A stretch of DNA of 64,000 nt from Gammaproteobacteria bacterium. GTDB taxonomy: Bacteria; Pseudomonadota; Gammaproteobacteria; Steroidobacterales; GCA-2729495. The stretch spans positions 79,490-143,489 of the forward strand of contig JAJRUG010000044.1 of assembly GCA_024277915.1 (NCBI GenBank). Reading direction: 5' to 3'. The notes under the pieces are model-generated. The model searched no databases and was not told the DNA's origin. It saw only the letters and a program-made list of their open reading frames with translations. Both the position numbers and the translations under genes were made by a program. Below, one piece after another: positions 10,081 to 21,165 of the stretch (positions are counted from its first letter, which is position 1; the number at the start of each line of letters is the position of its first letter).

Positions 10081-11184
10081 ATGTTAAAACCAAGAATAGA
10101 CAGCACCGGTAAGAGCTGGCGGATGCTTTTGATGGCTGTAATCGCTGTTGCGGGAATTTTTTCGGTAGCCCAGGCTGAGGAAGAACATGACCATGCGGCA
10201 ATGATGGCCGGCATGGCCAAAGCGCCAATGGATGAGCTTGGCCGCAGGCTGCATGGCCACAAGCATGTGATCGAGGGCGAGGTCGGAGATCAGCTCCGGT
10301 CCAGGATTGTCACGCTGAAAGACGTTTCCAATGCACAGCTCACGATGATGATGCAGATGATGGGTGCTAACTACGAGTGGTACATCAGCAGCCCGGATCT
10401 GAAAGCAGACGTCGGTGTTCTCATTCTGGCGCATGGTTTTCGTGACAGAGGAGACAAGGTTTTCAAGGAAACCGTTCAGGCGGTCGGTGGCGCGTTCCCA
10501 ACAGCCATCGCATTTGGCATGAGTATGGCGATGTCACAGCATATCCAGCTCGCGGTTGACGACCTGGTCGCTGCGGGCGCCAAGGAAATTGTGGTGGTTC
10601 CTGCGGTCTCCTCATCAATCAACGACATGATGCGGCAATGGCAGTACATTTTCGGATTGCGTGAAACTGCTGAGTATGGGGATGTCCCGCAGGTGGTAAC
10701 AGATGCGGAAGTCCATTTCCTGTCGGCACCGGATGATGACCCGCTGATTGCCGAGATATTGCTGGATTATGCAGATGATATGAGCACTGACCCTTCCAAT
10801 ACTCTGGCTGTGATCGTTGCGCACGGTCCGACGATGGACGAAGACAATGTGCATGAGCTCAAGACACTTGGCAATCTGGCCGCATTGATTAAAGAGGATG
10901 GCGGATACTCTGATGTGATTGGCATCACTTTGCAGGACGATGCAGCCCCAGAGGTTCGTGCTGCGAATGTAGCAAATCTTCGGAAGAAGATCGAAGCAGC
11001 AACTGCCAAGGGCAAGGAAGTTGTCATTGTGACAACACTGCTTTCTACACGGGGAATTCAGGCAAAACTGAGAAAAGATCTGAAGGGCCTGGATTATAAA
11101 TTTGCGAGAGAGTCTCTGACCCAGCATGACAACTTCATTGTATGGGTCATGTCGAGCATTGATGACCAGCTGATGGGTCGCTGA
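10081..11184 (+). CDS. secreted tandem CbiX/SirB-like (class II chelatase fold) protein with a His/Met-rich N-terminal region
   Basis: ORF 10006..11184. ATG at 10081 sits 8 nt after GAGGA. Signal peptide is MLLMAVIAVAGIFSVAQA. Then comes EEEHDHAAMMAGM...HGHKH...MMMQMMG, followed by two CbiX-like halves (VLILAHGF..., AVIVAHGP...). Confidence 0.65.
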   Translation: MLKPRIDSTGKSWRMLLMAVIAVAGIFSVAQAEEEHDHAAMMAGMAKAPMDELGRRLHGHKHVIEGEVGDQLRSRIVTLKDVSNAQLTMMMQMMGANYEWYISSPDLKADVGVLILAHGFRDRGDKVFKETVQAVGGAFPTAIAFGMSMAMSQHIQLAVDDLVAAGAKEIVVVPAVSSSINDMMRQWQYIFGLRETAEYGDVPQVVTDAEVHFLSAPDDDPLIAEILLDYADDMSTDPSNTLAVIVAHGPTMDEDNVHELKTLGNLAALIKEDGGYSDVIGITLQDDAAPEVRAANVANLRKKIEAATAKGKEVVIVTTLLSTRGIQAKLRKDLKGLDYKFARESLTQHDNFIVWVMSSIDDQLMGR

Positions 11185-11203
11185 CAGACTGGTATGTGAT
11201 GAG

Positions 11204-11236
11204 ATACGGGAGCCGGCACGGGGTCGGCTCCCGTAT
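11204..11236. terminator. hairpin between convergent genes (putative bidirectional terminator)
   Basis: 12-bp perfect stem atacgggagccg / cggctcccgtat with a 9-nt loop, followed by tattatt. Confidence 0.55.
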
Positions 11237-11251
11237 TATTATCTGGTAACG

Positions 11252-13306
11252 TTACGTCTTGCCGAGTACGGCACAGAAATTTGTGAGTTCAGTAACGGGT
11301 GTATCACAGGTGTGACCACGACAGATATATGCAACTGTCGTTGCAGCCGGCTGCCGACTGGCCAGAGCGCCAGGCAGATTTTTCTGTGATGAGGGGATCG
11401 CAAATACCAGGCGCCGTGGCGCAAAAATTGCATTCGCTGCTATTTTCCACTCTCTGAGTGTTTTTTTGCTCCCCCTGATGACGACGATTTCCGGTGGGTC
11501 GAGGTATTCATCCAGCGCAGTCAGCAGAGATGCATGACCGCGTGGAAATTCCACCATAGTGCTCCAGCCGGCACGTAAAACAGATTCGGCAGCGTTCAGA
11601 TATTGAGGGTTTCCCAGCAGGTATCCGGGCCGCCCCAGTGCCAGTGCGGCGATTGCATTTCCGGAAGGTGTTGCATCGTCAGACATGGGCTTGTTTCGAT
11701 GCACAAGCTGCTCGTGGGCCGACGAGGTGAACCAGAATCCGCCGCCTGAAGTGTCGTGAAAATTTTCCAGCAGGCGATCAGCGATCCAGCAGGCGAATTC
11801 AAGCTGCTCGTTGTTCCAGTGTGTCTGCAGCAATTCCAGAATGGCATCGAGCAGAAATGCATAGTCATCGAGATAGGCTTCAAGCCGGGCCTGCCCGCCG
11901 GCATGGCAGGCCATCAGGCGCCCCGGCTCTGCCATCTGCTCCCGGACAAAAACCAGACACTGTGTTGCGGCTGCAGCAAGATCTTCTCGATCCAGCGTCC
12001 GGGCTGCAATTGCCAGGCCTCTGATCATCAGGGCATTCCAGCTTGTGAGTACTTTATCGTCGCGGCCCGGACGAACACGTTTGTCCCGGGCTATCAGCAA
12101 TGTCTGGCGTGCCCTGTCCAGGCGCTCCGCTGCGGCAGACTCATCGACCTGTGGCGAATCGCCGGCCGCTTCTGGCGCCCCGGTCAAGACCAGATGCCAG
12201 CGTCCTTCAAAATTTGCCTCCCTGTCCAATCCGTAGCGAGCCACGATGAGCTGGTATTCTTCATCAGGTAACAGGTTCCTGATTTCATCCGGCATCCAGC
12301 TGTAAAACTTTCCTTCTTCACCTTCTGAATCTGCATCCAGAGCTGCCCGAAAGCCGCCCGCCGGCTCACGCATTTCCCGTAATACCCAATTTGCTGTTTC
12401 ATTGGCGACAGTGCGATAACACTCATCGGCACTGATTTGCCACATTTGGGCATAGAGCGCCAGCAGCGAACCGTTGTCATACAGCATTTTCTCGAAATGC
12501 GGGATCTGCCATTGCCGGTCGACAGAATAGCGGCTGAAGCCACCGCCGAGGTGATCGTATATACCTCCCTCGTACATCCGCTGGAGAGTAAGCGCACAAA
12601 CAAGCAGGGCTTCCGTATCCGGTGTGCCGGTATGAGCCGTAGCGCGCCAGTGTCTGAGCAGACGCTCAATGACCGGGGTTTGCGGAAATTTCGGTGCGCC
12701 GCCGAAACCGCCGTATTCCGCGTCAAATTCCTTGCCGGCAGCTGCACGGAATGCTGCCAGAGGCTCGTTGTGGAGCGATTCGGCATCGGCCGGGTCTCCG
12801 GGTTCCATGCTTTTCAGGACTGATACCAACTGCCGGCCACTTTGCCGGACGTCGCTCTGATTGTCGTGATAGTACTGTGCCACCCGGTCAAGTATTTCTG
12901 TAAATGCGGGTAGGCCGTAACCCGTAGTGCCAGGAAAGTAGGTGCCGCCAAAAAAAGGAAACTGGTCTTCCGGAGTCAGGAACATTGTCAGCGGCCAGCC
13001 TCCGGGACGCTGGACAATTAACTGATGGGCTGTCTGATAGATACGATCAAGATCCGGACGTTCCTCACGATCGACTTTGATATTGACGAACAGGCGGTTC
13101 ATCAGATCGGCAGTCTCCGGATTCTCGAAAGACTCATGAGCCATGACGTGGCACCAATGGCAGGCGGAATACCCGATGGACAACAGGATTGGCCGATTCT
13201 CTATGCGCGCCCTGTTTAATGCCTCAGCACCCCATGGGTACCAATCGACGGGATTGTCCGCATGTTGCAGCAGATAAGGGCTGGTTTCTTTGGAAAGTCT
13301 GTTCAC
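11252..13306 (-). CDS. thioredoxin-domain protein, DUF255/YyaL family (N-acylglucosamine-epimerase-like C-domain)
   Basis: ORF 11252..13318. The N-terminus [25 protein letters not shown] and the CHWCHVM motif are typical of the family. The GTG at 13306 (MNRL...) is a more typical start than the TTG at 13318. Confidence 0.85.
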   Translation of the reverse strand: MNRLSKETSPYLLQHADNPVDWYPWGAEALNRARIENRPILLSIGYSACHWCHVMAHESFENPETADLMNRLFVNIKVDREERPDLDRIYQTAHQLIVQRPGGWPLTMFLTPEDQFPFFGGTYFPGTTGYGLPAFTEILDRVAQYYHDNQSDVRQSGRQLVSVLKSMEPGDPADAESLHNEPLAAFRAAAGKEFDAEYGGFGGAPKFPQTPVIERLLRHWRATAHTGTPDTEALLVCALTLQRMYEGGIYDHLGGGFSRYSVDRQWQIPHFEKMLYDNGSLLALYAQMWQISADECYRTVANETANWVLREMREPAGGFRAALDADSEGEEGKFYSWMPDEIRNLLPDEEYQLIVARYGLDREANFEGRWHLVLTGAPEAAGDSPQVDESAAAERLDRARQTLLIARDKRVRPGRDDKVLTSWNALMIRGLAIAARTLDREDLAAAATQCLVFVREQMAEPGRLMACHAGGQARLEAYLDDYAFLLDAILELLQTHWNNEQLEFACWIADRLLENFHDTSGGGFWFTSSAHEQLVHRNKPMSDDATPSGNAIAALALGRPGYLLGNPQYLNAAESVLRAGWSTMVEFPRGHASLLTALDEYLDPPEIVVIRGSKKTLREWKIAANAIFAPRRLVFAIPSSQKNLPGALASRQPAATTVAYICRGHTCDTPVTELTNFCAVLGKT

Positions 13307-13333
13307 GAGTGTTCCCAATGATAAACTAGCTTC

Positions 13334-14128
13334 ATGTTCCAGTATCCAGATATCGACCCGGTTTTTCTGCAGTTAGGCCCTGTGGCCATTCATTGGTACG
13401 GTTTGACCTATCTCGCAGGTTTCGCCGGGGCATGGATTCTGTTCAGGAAAAGAGCCCGGCAGCCGGATACCGCTTTTTCTTCTGAACAGGTGGATGATCT
13501 GATTTTCTATGGAGCGCTTGGGGTGATTATCGGTGGACGGGTCGGTTCCATGCTGTTCTATAACTTCGACCAGCTTTTGGAGAACCCGCTAAGGCTTTTC
13601 CAGATCTGGAAGGGGGGAATGTCGTTCCATGGCGGGTTGCTTGGTGTGCTCGTGGCGATGTATGTCTATGCCCGAAAGCTGGGAAAGACCTTTTTTCAGG
13701 CCACAGATTTTATCGCACCGATGGTGCCGATAGGCCTGGGTTTTGGCAGGCTTGGCAATTTCATTAACAACGAGCTTTGGGGCAAACCCACCGATGTGCC
13801 CTGGGCAGTTATTGTCAATGGCGAGTCCAGGCATGCTTCTCAGCTGTATGAGGCATTGCTTGAAGGCTTGGCCCTGTTCGCGATTTTGTGGCTGTTTTCA
13901 TCGAAACCCAGACCGACAATGGCAGTTTCCGGGCTATTCTTGCTGGGCTACGGCATATTCCGGTTTTCAGTGGAGTTTGTGCGCATACCTGATGCAGGGT
14001 TCGGTTACCTCGCGCTTGGCTGGGTGACGATGGGGCAGGTGCTGAGCTTTCCGATGATCATAGCCGGTGTCGTATTGATCTGGATGGCCTATTCACGTCA
14101 GGCTCAGGCAGCAGCGACACGGAGATAA
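13334..14128 (+). CDS. lgt: prolipoprotein diacylglyceryl transferase
   Basis: 264 aa. [24 protein letters not shown] and the rest are colinear with E. coli Lgt. Confidence 0.92.
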   Translation: MFQYPDIDPVFLQLGPVAIHWYGLTYLAGFAGAWILFRKRARQPDTAFSSEQVDDLIFYGALGVIIGGRVGSMLFYNFDQLLENPLRLFQIWKGGMSFHGGLLGVLVAMYVYARKLGKTFFQATDFIAPMVPIGLGFGRLGNFINNELWGKPTDVPWAVIVNGESRHASQLYEALLEGLALFAILWLFSSKPRPTMAVSGLFLLGYGIFRFSVEFVRIPDAGFGYLALGWVTMGQVLSFPMIIAGVVLIWMAYSRQAQAAATRR

Positions 14129-14131
14129 CGA

Positions 14132-14926
14132 GTGCGCCAGTACCTTGACTTAATGCGGCATGTTCAGGAATGCGGATTCCGGAAAAATGACCGGACTGGA
14201 ACCGGCACGCTCAGCGTATTTGGCTACCAGGCAAGGTTTGATCTTGCTGAGGGGTTCCCGCTGGTCACCACCAAGAAACTGCATATCCGATCAATTATCC
14301 ACGAATTACTGTGGTTTCTTCAGGGCGATACCAACACGGCCTATTTGACTGAAAATGGCGTCCGGATCTGGGACGAATGGGCCGATGAGCAGGGTAACCT
14401 TGGGCCGGTCTATGGTGCTCAGTGGCGTAACTGGCCGACGGCCGACGGAAGGCATGTTGACCAGATCCTGGGTGTGATCGAAACGCTGCGCAGCAATCCG
14501 GATTGCAGACGCATGATCGTGAGCTCATGGAATGTGGGTGAGCTCGAAAATATGGCACTGGCTCCCTGTCATGCCTTATTCCAGTTCTATGTTGCGGATG
14601 GCAAACTTTCCTGCCAGCTTTATCAGCGCAGTGCGGATATTTTTCTTGGCGTACCGTTCAATATCGCCTCCTACGCACTGCTGACACATATGGTAGCGCA
14701 GCAGGTAGATCTGGCGCCCGGGGAATTTATCTGGACGGGCGGTGATTGTCATCTGTACCTGAATCACACAGAGCAGGTTGCCGAACAGCTGGGCCGCGAC
14801 CCGTTACCCCTGCCGAAGTTGACGATCAAACGAAAACCGGAATCAATACTGGATTACGAATTCGACGATTTCGAAATCCGGGGTTATGAGCCGTACCCCC
14901 ACATCAAAGCAGCAGTAGCGGTCTGA
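14132..14926 (+). CDS. thyA: thymidylate synthase
   Basis: 264 aa with a GTG start. [10 protein letters not shown]...[13 protein letters not shown] and the active-site [12 protein letters not shown] are present. Confidence 0.95.
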   Translation: MRQYLDLMRHVQECGFRKNDRTGTGTLSVFGYQARFDLAEGFPLVTTKKLHIRSIIHELLWFLQGDTNTAYLTENGVRIWDEWADEQGNLGPVYGAQWRNWPTADGRHVDQILGVIETLRSNPDCRRMIVSSWNVGELENMALAPCHALFQFYVADGKLSCQLYQRSADIFLGVPFNIASYALLTHMVAQQVDLAPGEFIWTGGDCHLYLNHTEQVAEQLGRDPLPLPKLTIKRKPESILDYEFDDFEIRGYEPYPHIKAAVAV

Positions 14927-14939
14927 CTCCATTTATTCT

Positions 14940-15746
14940 TCAGCCCGGTACGCTGAAGATTCTCGTTGGTCCGTCAAGGCGCGCTGCAGTCAGGGTTCCT
15001 CCCCAGACACAACCGGTATCCAGCCCCAGAAGATGGCTTTGCTGGTACAGGCCCAGCGTGGACCAGTGCCCGAACACGATTCGTACGCTCCCGGTCTGGC
15101 GGTCCGGCATGTCGAACCATGGGATCAGGCCATGCGGTTGGCCGCCAGGGGATTCTTTGTGTTGCAGCTCCAGGCTGCTGTTTGGCCGGCAGTAGCGGCT
15201 GCGTGTCAGGCAGTTGGTGATGAACCTTAGCCGATCGAACCCCTGCAGATGCGAGGCCCAGCGGGCGGGGCCGTCTCCATACATTGCAGCCAGGAATTCA
15301 CCGGATGAAGGCCCGCGCAGAACAGACTCCACCTCTCTTGCAAGCTTTATGATTTGCAGCGGATTCCATTCCGGAATAACGCCTGCGTGCACCATCAGGG
15401 TATTCAGGTTGGGGCTGTAGTGGGCGAGTGGTCGATGGCGTAGCCAGTTGATCAACGTAGCACCGTCAGGGGCTGCGAGTATGGGTTCCAGTTCCTTATT
15501 GCCACCCGGCTTGTTGTCTCCTGCTGCCAGTGCCAGCAGGTGCAGATCATGGTTCCCAAGAACAACGGTCGCTGTGTCTCCCATCGACCGAACGAGCCTG
15601 AGCACTTCCAGTGAGGCCGGACCACGGCTGACCAGATCGCCGACGAACCAGACACTGTCTGTCGCCGGATCGATATTGATCAGGTCAAGGAGTTGTACGA
15701 GCTGCTCGTAACAGCCCTGAACATCACCGATTGCGTAAGTAGCCAT
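14940..15746 (-). CDS. apaH: bis(5'-nucleosyl)-tetraphosphatase, symmetrical
   Basis: 268 aa with metallophosphatase motifs GDVQGC, GDLVSRGP and GNHD. Confidence 0.9.
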   Translation of the reverse strand: MATYAIGDVQGCYEQLVQLLDLINIDPATDSVWFVGDLVSRGPASLEVLRLVRSMGDTATVVLGNHDLHLLALAAGDNKPGGNKELEPILAAPDGATLINWLRHRPLAHYSPNLNTLMVHAGVIPEWNPLQIIKLAREVESVLRGPSSGEFLAAMYGDGPARWASHLQGFDRLRFITNCLTRSRYCRPNSSLELQHKESPGGQPHGLIPWFDMPDRQTGSVRIVFGHWSTLGLYQQSHLLGLDTGCVWGGTLTAARLDGPTRIFSVPG

Positions 15747-15778
15747 GGGCAGTTAAGTACCGGGTTTGAGGCAGAACT

Positions 15779-16585
15779 CTATTCTACTCTTTTGTCATTC
15801 GCGGTATTCGTTGTAAATTTGTTGGCCAGCCGAATGAAGGCATCTACATCGAGAGTTTCAGCCCGAACGTCAGGGTTGGTGTCTGTCGATCGGATTTCCG
15901 CTGCCGACAACATTCCCTTCAGGCAGTTGCTCAGTTTCTTGCGCCGCATGGAGAAAGCCTGCATGACCATCATGTCGAAATCAGATTCGCAGTGGATCGT
16001 TGCCATAATCGATGCATCCGGAACCAGCCGGATAAAGGCTGAATCCACCTTGGGCGGGGGAAGGAAGCTGCCAGGCTTGATACTGAACAATTCGGTGGCC
16101 TGGCAACGAGCCTGGATTGCCACCGATAGTCGCCCGTAGGTACGTGAACCGGGATCAGCAACCATTCGCTGTATGACTTCTTTCTGCAGCATGACATGTA
16201 TATCCCGAAATATCGTCGCCTGAGACAGAACGTGGAACAGCAATGGCGTGGAAATATTGTAGGGCAGGTTCCCAACCAGCCTGAGGCTCGCGGGGACTGA
16301 GGAAATCTGTCTGAAGTTGAATTTCAGCGCATTCGCCTGATGTACTGTCAGTGCGGGCTGCTCAGGGAGCTGAGCAAGGGATTTCGCCAGATCCCGGTCC
16401 AGTTCGATGACGTCCAGATGATCAACGAATTGCAGGAGCGGCAATGTCAAAGCACCACGGCCGGGCCCTATTTCCACAATATAGTCATCGCGTTGCGGTC
16501 GAATAGCGGCCACGATCTTTTCGATGATATTCCGGTCATGCAGGAAGTGCTGTCCCAGGTTTTTTCTGGGCGCGTTGAATGTCAC
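15779..16585 (-). CDS. rsmA: 16S rRNA (adenine1518/1519-N6)-dimethyltransferase
   Basis: 268 aa with a GTG start overlapping the pdxA stop (GTGA). LGQHFL and [10 protein letters not shown] motifs are present. Confidence 0.9.
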   Translation of the reverse strand: MTFNAPRKNLGQHFLHDRNIIEKIVAAIRPQRDDYIVEIGPGRGALTLPLLQFVDHLDVIELDRDLAKSLAQLPEQPALTVHQANALKFNFRQISSVPASLRLVGNLPYNISTPLLFHVLSQATIFRDIHVMLQKEVIQRMVADPGSRTYGRLSVAIQARCQATELFSIKPGSFLPPPKVDSAFIRLVPDASIMATIHCESDFDMMVMQAFSMRRKKLSNCLKGMLSAAEIRSTDTNPDVRAETLDVDAFIRLANKFTTNTANDKRVE

Positions 16586-17604
16586 GATGTTCCGGCCAGC
16601 TCGATGGCGAGCTGAATTGCAGCCATCAGGCTGCCAGTATCCGCATTGCCGGTTGCAGCGAGGTCAAGTGCGGTGCCGTGGTCGACCGATGTTCTGATTA
16701 CCGGCAGACCAAGGGTGACATTCACCGCGTTGCCGAACCCTTTGGCTTTTAGTACCGGCAGACCCTGATCGTGATACATCGCCAGATAAGCATCAGATTC
16801 GCCGCCGGCATGGCGAGTAAATGCAGTATCTGCCGGGAGGGGGCCTGTTATTCGAATGCCATCTGCTCTCAGCTTGTCGAGCGCTGGAATAATGATCTCG
16901 ATTTCCTCAGTGCCCAGATGCCCGCCTTCACCTGCATGAGGATTAAGCCCGAGAACTGCAATAGAGGGTGATTCGATATGGAATAGTTTTGAAAGGCCAT
17001 CGTTGAGAATTCGAATAGTGGTATCGATACGAGTTGCTGTGATGTTTTCAGGTACGGCGGAGAGAGGCAGGTGCGTGGTGAGCAAGGCAACGCGCAGCGT
17101 ATCGGCAACCAGTATCATGACCGGAAGAGGGCTATCGGTCATTTCAGCCAGAAACTCGGTATGTCCCGTAAAAGGAATGCCTGCATCATTGATGATGCCT
17201 TTGTGCACAGGTGCTGTGACCATCGCATCGAACTCTCCCGCAACGCAGCCGCTGCAAGCTTTTTCAAGCATCTGAATCACGCTTCCCGCATTCCCGGCGT
17301 TTAACTTGCCTGCAACACAATCTGATTCCAGTGCAATTTCTGCAACTTACAGAATACCTGCTGTGCTACCGGCTCGCGGCACTTCGCGGGAATAGGGTCG
17401 AATACTGGCTGTAATACCCAAAGCTCTGGCGCGCCTTGCCAGCATGTCCGGGTCACCGATAGCGACCAGCTGCACCGGCCAGTCTTTTTTGCTTAGCAAT
17501 AAAACAAGATCAGGGCCGATACCGGCAGGCTCGCCGGTCGTAATCGCAATACGTGGAATTTTGTTGGGCGTGGTCGTGGGTGTTGCTCGCGCTGGATAGG
17601 GCAC
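16582..17604 (-). pseudogene. pdxA: 4-hydroxythreonine-4-phosphate dehydrogenase interrupted by one in-frame TAA (17347-17349)
   Basis: ORFs 17347..17604 (ITTGEPAGIGPDL...TAGIL*) and 16582..17280 (...[21 protein letters not shown]...) are in the same frame. The 66 nt between them translate as [22 protein letters not shown], which is colinear with E. coli PdxA. Only the TAA breaks the frame. Confidence 0.7.
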
Positions 17605-18917
17605 TACATCCTGTACTCGACGAATGCCCGATCACGCAACTCGCGCATCCACATTTCTGTCTCTTCGCCCAGCTTGCTGTTGCGGATGGCCATGATGGCG
17701 TTCTCCCGCTCGACTTCTTCGGTAGTGTCATGGATGCGGCGATCCAGGATTTCGACGATATGCCATCCGTACCTGGTCTGGAATGGTTGACTCAACTCAC
17801 CTATCTCCAGCGCATCACAAACTTCCTGAAATTCCGGCACAAATGTTCCCGGGCCGATCCATCCGAGATGGCCGCCATCGATAGCTGTTGAAGGATCTTC
17901 CGAAACAACCTTGGCGACAGCTTCAAAATCATCACCCTGGACGATTTGATCATGAATTTCCGAGAGTTTTTGCTCTGCCGCTGCGTTATCCAGGATTTCA
18001 TCTGTTTCGATGAGAATGTGCCGCAACAATGTTTGCTTTTCCATGATGGGGTCAGATCCGCGTGCCTCATCCAGTTTGACAATATGAAATCCGCTCCCGC
18101 TGCGAATCGGGCGGGATACCTCGCCTGGCTCAAGTTCAGGGACGATATCCGCAAACAGTGTTGGCAGCTCCCGCCCTTTTTTCCATCCAAGGCTGCCACC
18201 TTCCAACGCACTCTGGCCGTCAGAAAAAGTGATCACAAGTTCTGCAAAATCTGTGCCTTCATCCAGAAGCTGGTAAATTTTCTCCATCTTTTCTTCAGCG
18301 GCACTGATTGCGTCAGCCGGTGCCGGCGATGGTAGTGAAATCAGGATATGTGAAACCTTATAGTCATGATTCATCATCGTCTCACCATCCTGTCGCGCCT
18401 GGTATTCCTCGAGTTCGAGTGGCGTCACACCGATGCGGCCGATGACATCGCGGCGCTTCAGGAGATCAAGCGCAAGTTGATCCCTGATAGTTTCCCGGTA
18501 AATGGAGTAATCAATATTTTCCTTGGCCAGCAGCAGGGGCAGGTCAGCCAGCGTGCCACCATTTTGCACGGCTATCCGCCCAAGCGCGTCGTTCAGGGTT
18601 TCATCAGAAATACTGATTCCGACACGCTCTGCGCGTTGCAGCTGAATTCTCTGGTTGATCAGTCGCTCCAGAACCTGTTTTTCGAGTGCTCTTCTGGGTG
18701 GCATTTGGGTTCCCTGCTCCTGAAGACCAGTGACAATTCTGTCCATCTCGATCTGCAGCTCGCTTTTCAAAACTACGCCATCGTTGACAATAGCGGCGAT
18801 GCCCTCAAGCATCTCACCGGTGCTGCTGAGTTCCAGTGTTTGGGCGCTTAGCGCCAACGGATTGAAGAAGCTGAATACCACCAGCGGCAGGATCAATCTA
18901 TGCATTATTTTTGACAT
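17604..18917 (-). CDS. surA: periplasmic chaperone / peptidyl-prolyl isomerase SurA
   Basis: ORF 17604..19109. The realistic start is the ATG at 18917 (MSKIMHRLILPLVVFSFFNPLALSA signal peptide), immediately after the lptD stop. It has two parvulin-like domains. Confidence 0.9.
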   Translation of the reverse strand: MSKIMHRLILPLVVFSFFNPLALSAQTLELSSTGEMLEGIAAIVNDGVVLKSELQIEMDRIVTGLQEQGTQMPPRRALEKQVLERLINQRIQLQRAERVGISISDETLNDALGRIAVQNGGTLADLPLLLAKENIDYSIYRETIRDQLALDLLKRRDVIGRIGVTPLELEEYQARQDGETMMNHDYKVSHILISLPSPAPADAISAAEEKMEKIYQLLDEGTDFAELVITFSDGQSALEGGSLGWKKGRELPTLFADIVPELEPGEVSRPIRSGSGFHIVKLDEARGSDPIMEKQTLLRHILIETDEILDNAAAEQKLSEIHDQIVQGDDFEAVAKVVSEDPSTAIDGGHLGWIGPGTFVPEFQEVCDALEIGELSQPFQTRYGWHIVEILDRRIHDTTEEVERENAIMAIRNSKLGEETEMWMRELRDRAFVEYRM

Positions 18918-18921
18918 CTCT

Positions 18922-21165
18922 TTAGTCGCGATCATAGCCGAGAATACCACGTTCCAGCAGTCGGTCGGCTGAATCCCCGACGTTGGCGAGACCCTTGAAT
19001 ATGAGCTGAAAGGCAATGGCAGTATCAGTTTCTCCAGTGCGGTTGGCCAGGTATTTACGCACCACAAATCGAACACCCCAGCAGCAGGTCTCATACTCCA
19101 GACCCGCAAAGCGTTCCAGCGGCTCTTTATCGAGCAAGGAATACTGGTATCGCCCCACCAGATTCCAGGTTTTGCTCAACGGCCAGAGAAAGGAGCCGTC
19201 TACTTCTTCCAGGGTGTCCCTGCGCAGCCGGTAGGAGAGGTTGAGGACTTTGGACTTGTCAGGGCGATACTGCAGCCGCGCTTCGGCGCGCTGCGTTACG
19301 TTTTGGTCAGAGTCCCACTGGTAGCCAAGATCGATGCTCCAGTTATCGTAGAGTTTCATCTGCAGTTCGGCCAGATAGTCCGAGGAGCTGTTGAGGCTTG
19401 CTGCTTCGCCGGGCAATGTGACCCTCCGGTCGCTAAAGTACAGCGTTTGTCCGATTGTAGCGGTGAGTCTTTGCGAACCACTTGCGGCATCGATCAACCG
19501 GGTGGTAATACCCATACTCAACTGCCGCGTATCACCAATCCGATCACTACCGGCAAACCTGTTTTTGCGAAATAGCTGAACAAGATTCAGGTCGGGCTCA
19601 ATGGTATCGAAAACAGGCAGATCTCCCTGTTCATTGAAGGGAATATGAACGAACAGGACGCGAGGTTCGAGAGTTTGCAGCCAACGGCCGGTTTTTCCTG
19701 TCCTCCGCTCCAGCATCGTACCCATATCGATACTGTAGACCGGCGTGGTTACGGCGGGCGAGTCGTCTGTTCCCGCCGGCACGTCGTTCAGTTTGTAGCG
19801 AACATGTTCAACCGCCACCGCAGGTTCAAGATTGAATTTTCGTCGCTCAATGGGCCATGAAAGTTTTGGTCGCAGGCGTGATCTCAGGCCGGTGATACCA
19901 GTGTCACGATCGAAATAGGTGACTTCACCACTGATCCCATACTCGATTCCAAGCGGCCCGTTGGCCCATTCCCCCCAGGCGGATAGCCTGGGTGCCTGCG
20001 TATAGGGATGATCGTCATCAATAATCAGGTCGTAGAGTGTTTGATAGTTTTGCAGGCGAAGCTGTGCTCCCCAGTTGGTCTTCAGAAGATCAAAGTCAAT
20101 TTTTCTGGTGAGGTGTGTCTGGCTGGTTGCGCTCAGGCTGCCGTACAGATCCTCAAAGTAGCTGGAGTCAGACACACTGGTAGCATCTACCAGACCACGC
20201 CAGCCATAGCCCAGCTGCGACTCATGTTGTACTGATACAAATGATCTGCGCGTTCCGGACGTATTATCATTTGGCAGTATCTCCCCGCTCAGTTGTCCGC
20301 GATGTGATTTGGTCAGATACCGGAACTCGGTTTGCAGTTGGGCTCCACGCTGCGACATATAGCGAGGGGTAATCGTGGCGTCATAGTTTGGTGCAATATT
20401 CCAGTAGTAGGGTATTGAAAGATCAACACCGCGCTGATCCGAACGTCCGATCGAAGGCAGCAATAGTCCCGATTTTCTTTTATCCGAAATCGGATAAGAA
20501 ATATAAGGTGTGTACAGAATAGGTACACCTTTGAACTTCAGCATTGCGTTTCGTGCGGTCGCAGTGCCGTTGCTTCGGTCGATTTTTATTTTTTTCGCAG
20601 ACAACAGCCAGTCGGTATTGCCAGGAGCGCAGGAAGTGTAGGTTACCTGCTTCAGGCGCAGCATTTGTGTGCCGGAAACAGAAATATTACCTGCTGTCCC
20701 GCGTGCAGGAGTTTCCGGGAATTCAAATTCTGCTGCTTCGAATTCAACCTGCTCTGCAGTGGCGTTGAACATTGCACGATCGCCCAGAATTCGCGTCTTC
20801 GGGTCGAGATACTCCACACTACCGCCGACCTCGAATATGCCGGTTTCATTGCTGTAGTTTCCCTGGTTCGCTGACAGAATTTTCTGCCCGCTGCGTATCG
20901 TGATCGAGTTAGCGAAGCTTGCATCGCCGTTAAGTTGTGCCTCGATTTTACCGGTCGTAATCTGCACGGGACCGATGTCAGCGCCTGCCAGGCCGGGGCT
21001 GATGAATGTAGAGCCCACTGGTTGCGATAGCAGTTCTTCGGGAAGTGCGACAGGTACCACAGTACAGGCGGATGAAGGGGATGCCGGTTTATCCTGAGCC
21101 TGGGCAAGAGCGACTGCCCAGATGACTGACAGACAGCAAAAAATTGTCAAAATGATACTACGCAA
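18922..21165 (-). CDS. lptD: LPS-assembly outer-membrane protein LptD
   Basis: 747 aa with a signal peptide, an OstA-like N-domain and a large beta-barrel C-domain. Position is the canonical one upstream of surA. Confidence 0.9.
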   Translation of the reverse strand: MRSIILTIFCCLSVIWAVALAQAQDKPASPSSACTVVPVALPEELLSQPVGSTFISPGLAGADIGPVQITTGKIEAQLNGDASFANSITIRSGQKILSANQGNYSNETGIFEVGGSVEYLDPKTRILGDRAMFNATAEQVEFEAAEFEFPETPARGTAGNISVSGTQMLRLKQVTYTSCAPGNTDWLLSAKKIKIDRSNGTATARNAMLKFKGVPILYTPYISYPISDKRKSGLLLPSIGRSDQRGVDLSIPYYWNIAPNYDATITPRYMSQRGAQLQTEFRYLTKSHRGQLSGEILPNDNTSGTRRSFVSVQHESQLGYGWRGLVDATSVSDSSYFEDLYGSLSATSQTHLTRKIDFDLLKTNWGAQLRLQNYQTLYDLIIDDDHPYTQAPRLSAWGEWANGPLGIEYGISGEVTYFDRDTGITGLRSRLRPKLSWPIERRKFNLEPAVAVEHVRYKLNDVPAGTDDSPAVTTPVYSIDMGTMLERRTGKTGRWLQTLEPRVLFVHIPFNEQGDLPVFDTIEPDLNLVQLFRKNRFAGSDRIGDTRQLSMGITTRLIDAASGSQRLTATIGQTLYFSDRRVTLPGEAASLNSSSDYLAELQMKLYDNWSIDLGYQWDSDQNVTQRAEARLQYRPDKSKVLNLSYRLRRDTLEEVDGSFLWPLSKTWNLVGRYQYSLLDKEPLERFAGLEYETCCWGVRFVVRKYLANRTGETDTAIAFQLIFKGLANVGDSADRLLERGILGYDRD

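Noticed and set aside
17281-17346. A genuine intergenic gap between two separate small genes (85-aa and 232-aa ORFs)
   Set aside because: The gap translates in frame into PdxA-colinear sequence, so the two ORFs are fragments of one gene interrupted by TAA.
18918-19109. N-terminal 64-codon extension of surA, and similar extensions of mreB, prfA, gatC, metF, metH and the dehalogenase in the ORF track
   Set aside because: The extensions overlap the upstream gene or lack family-typical sequence. Internal ATG/GTG codons with an RBS give the canonical N-termini.
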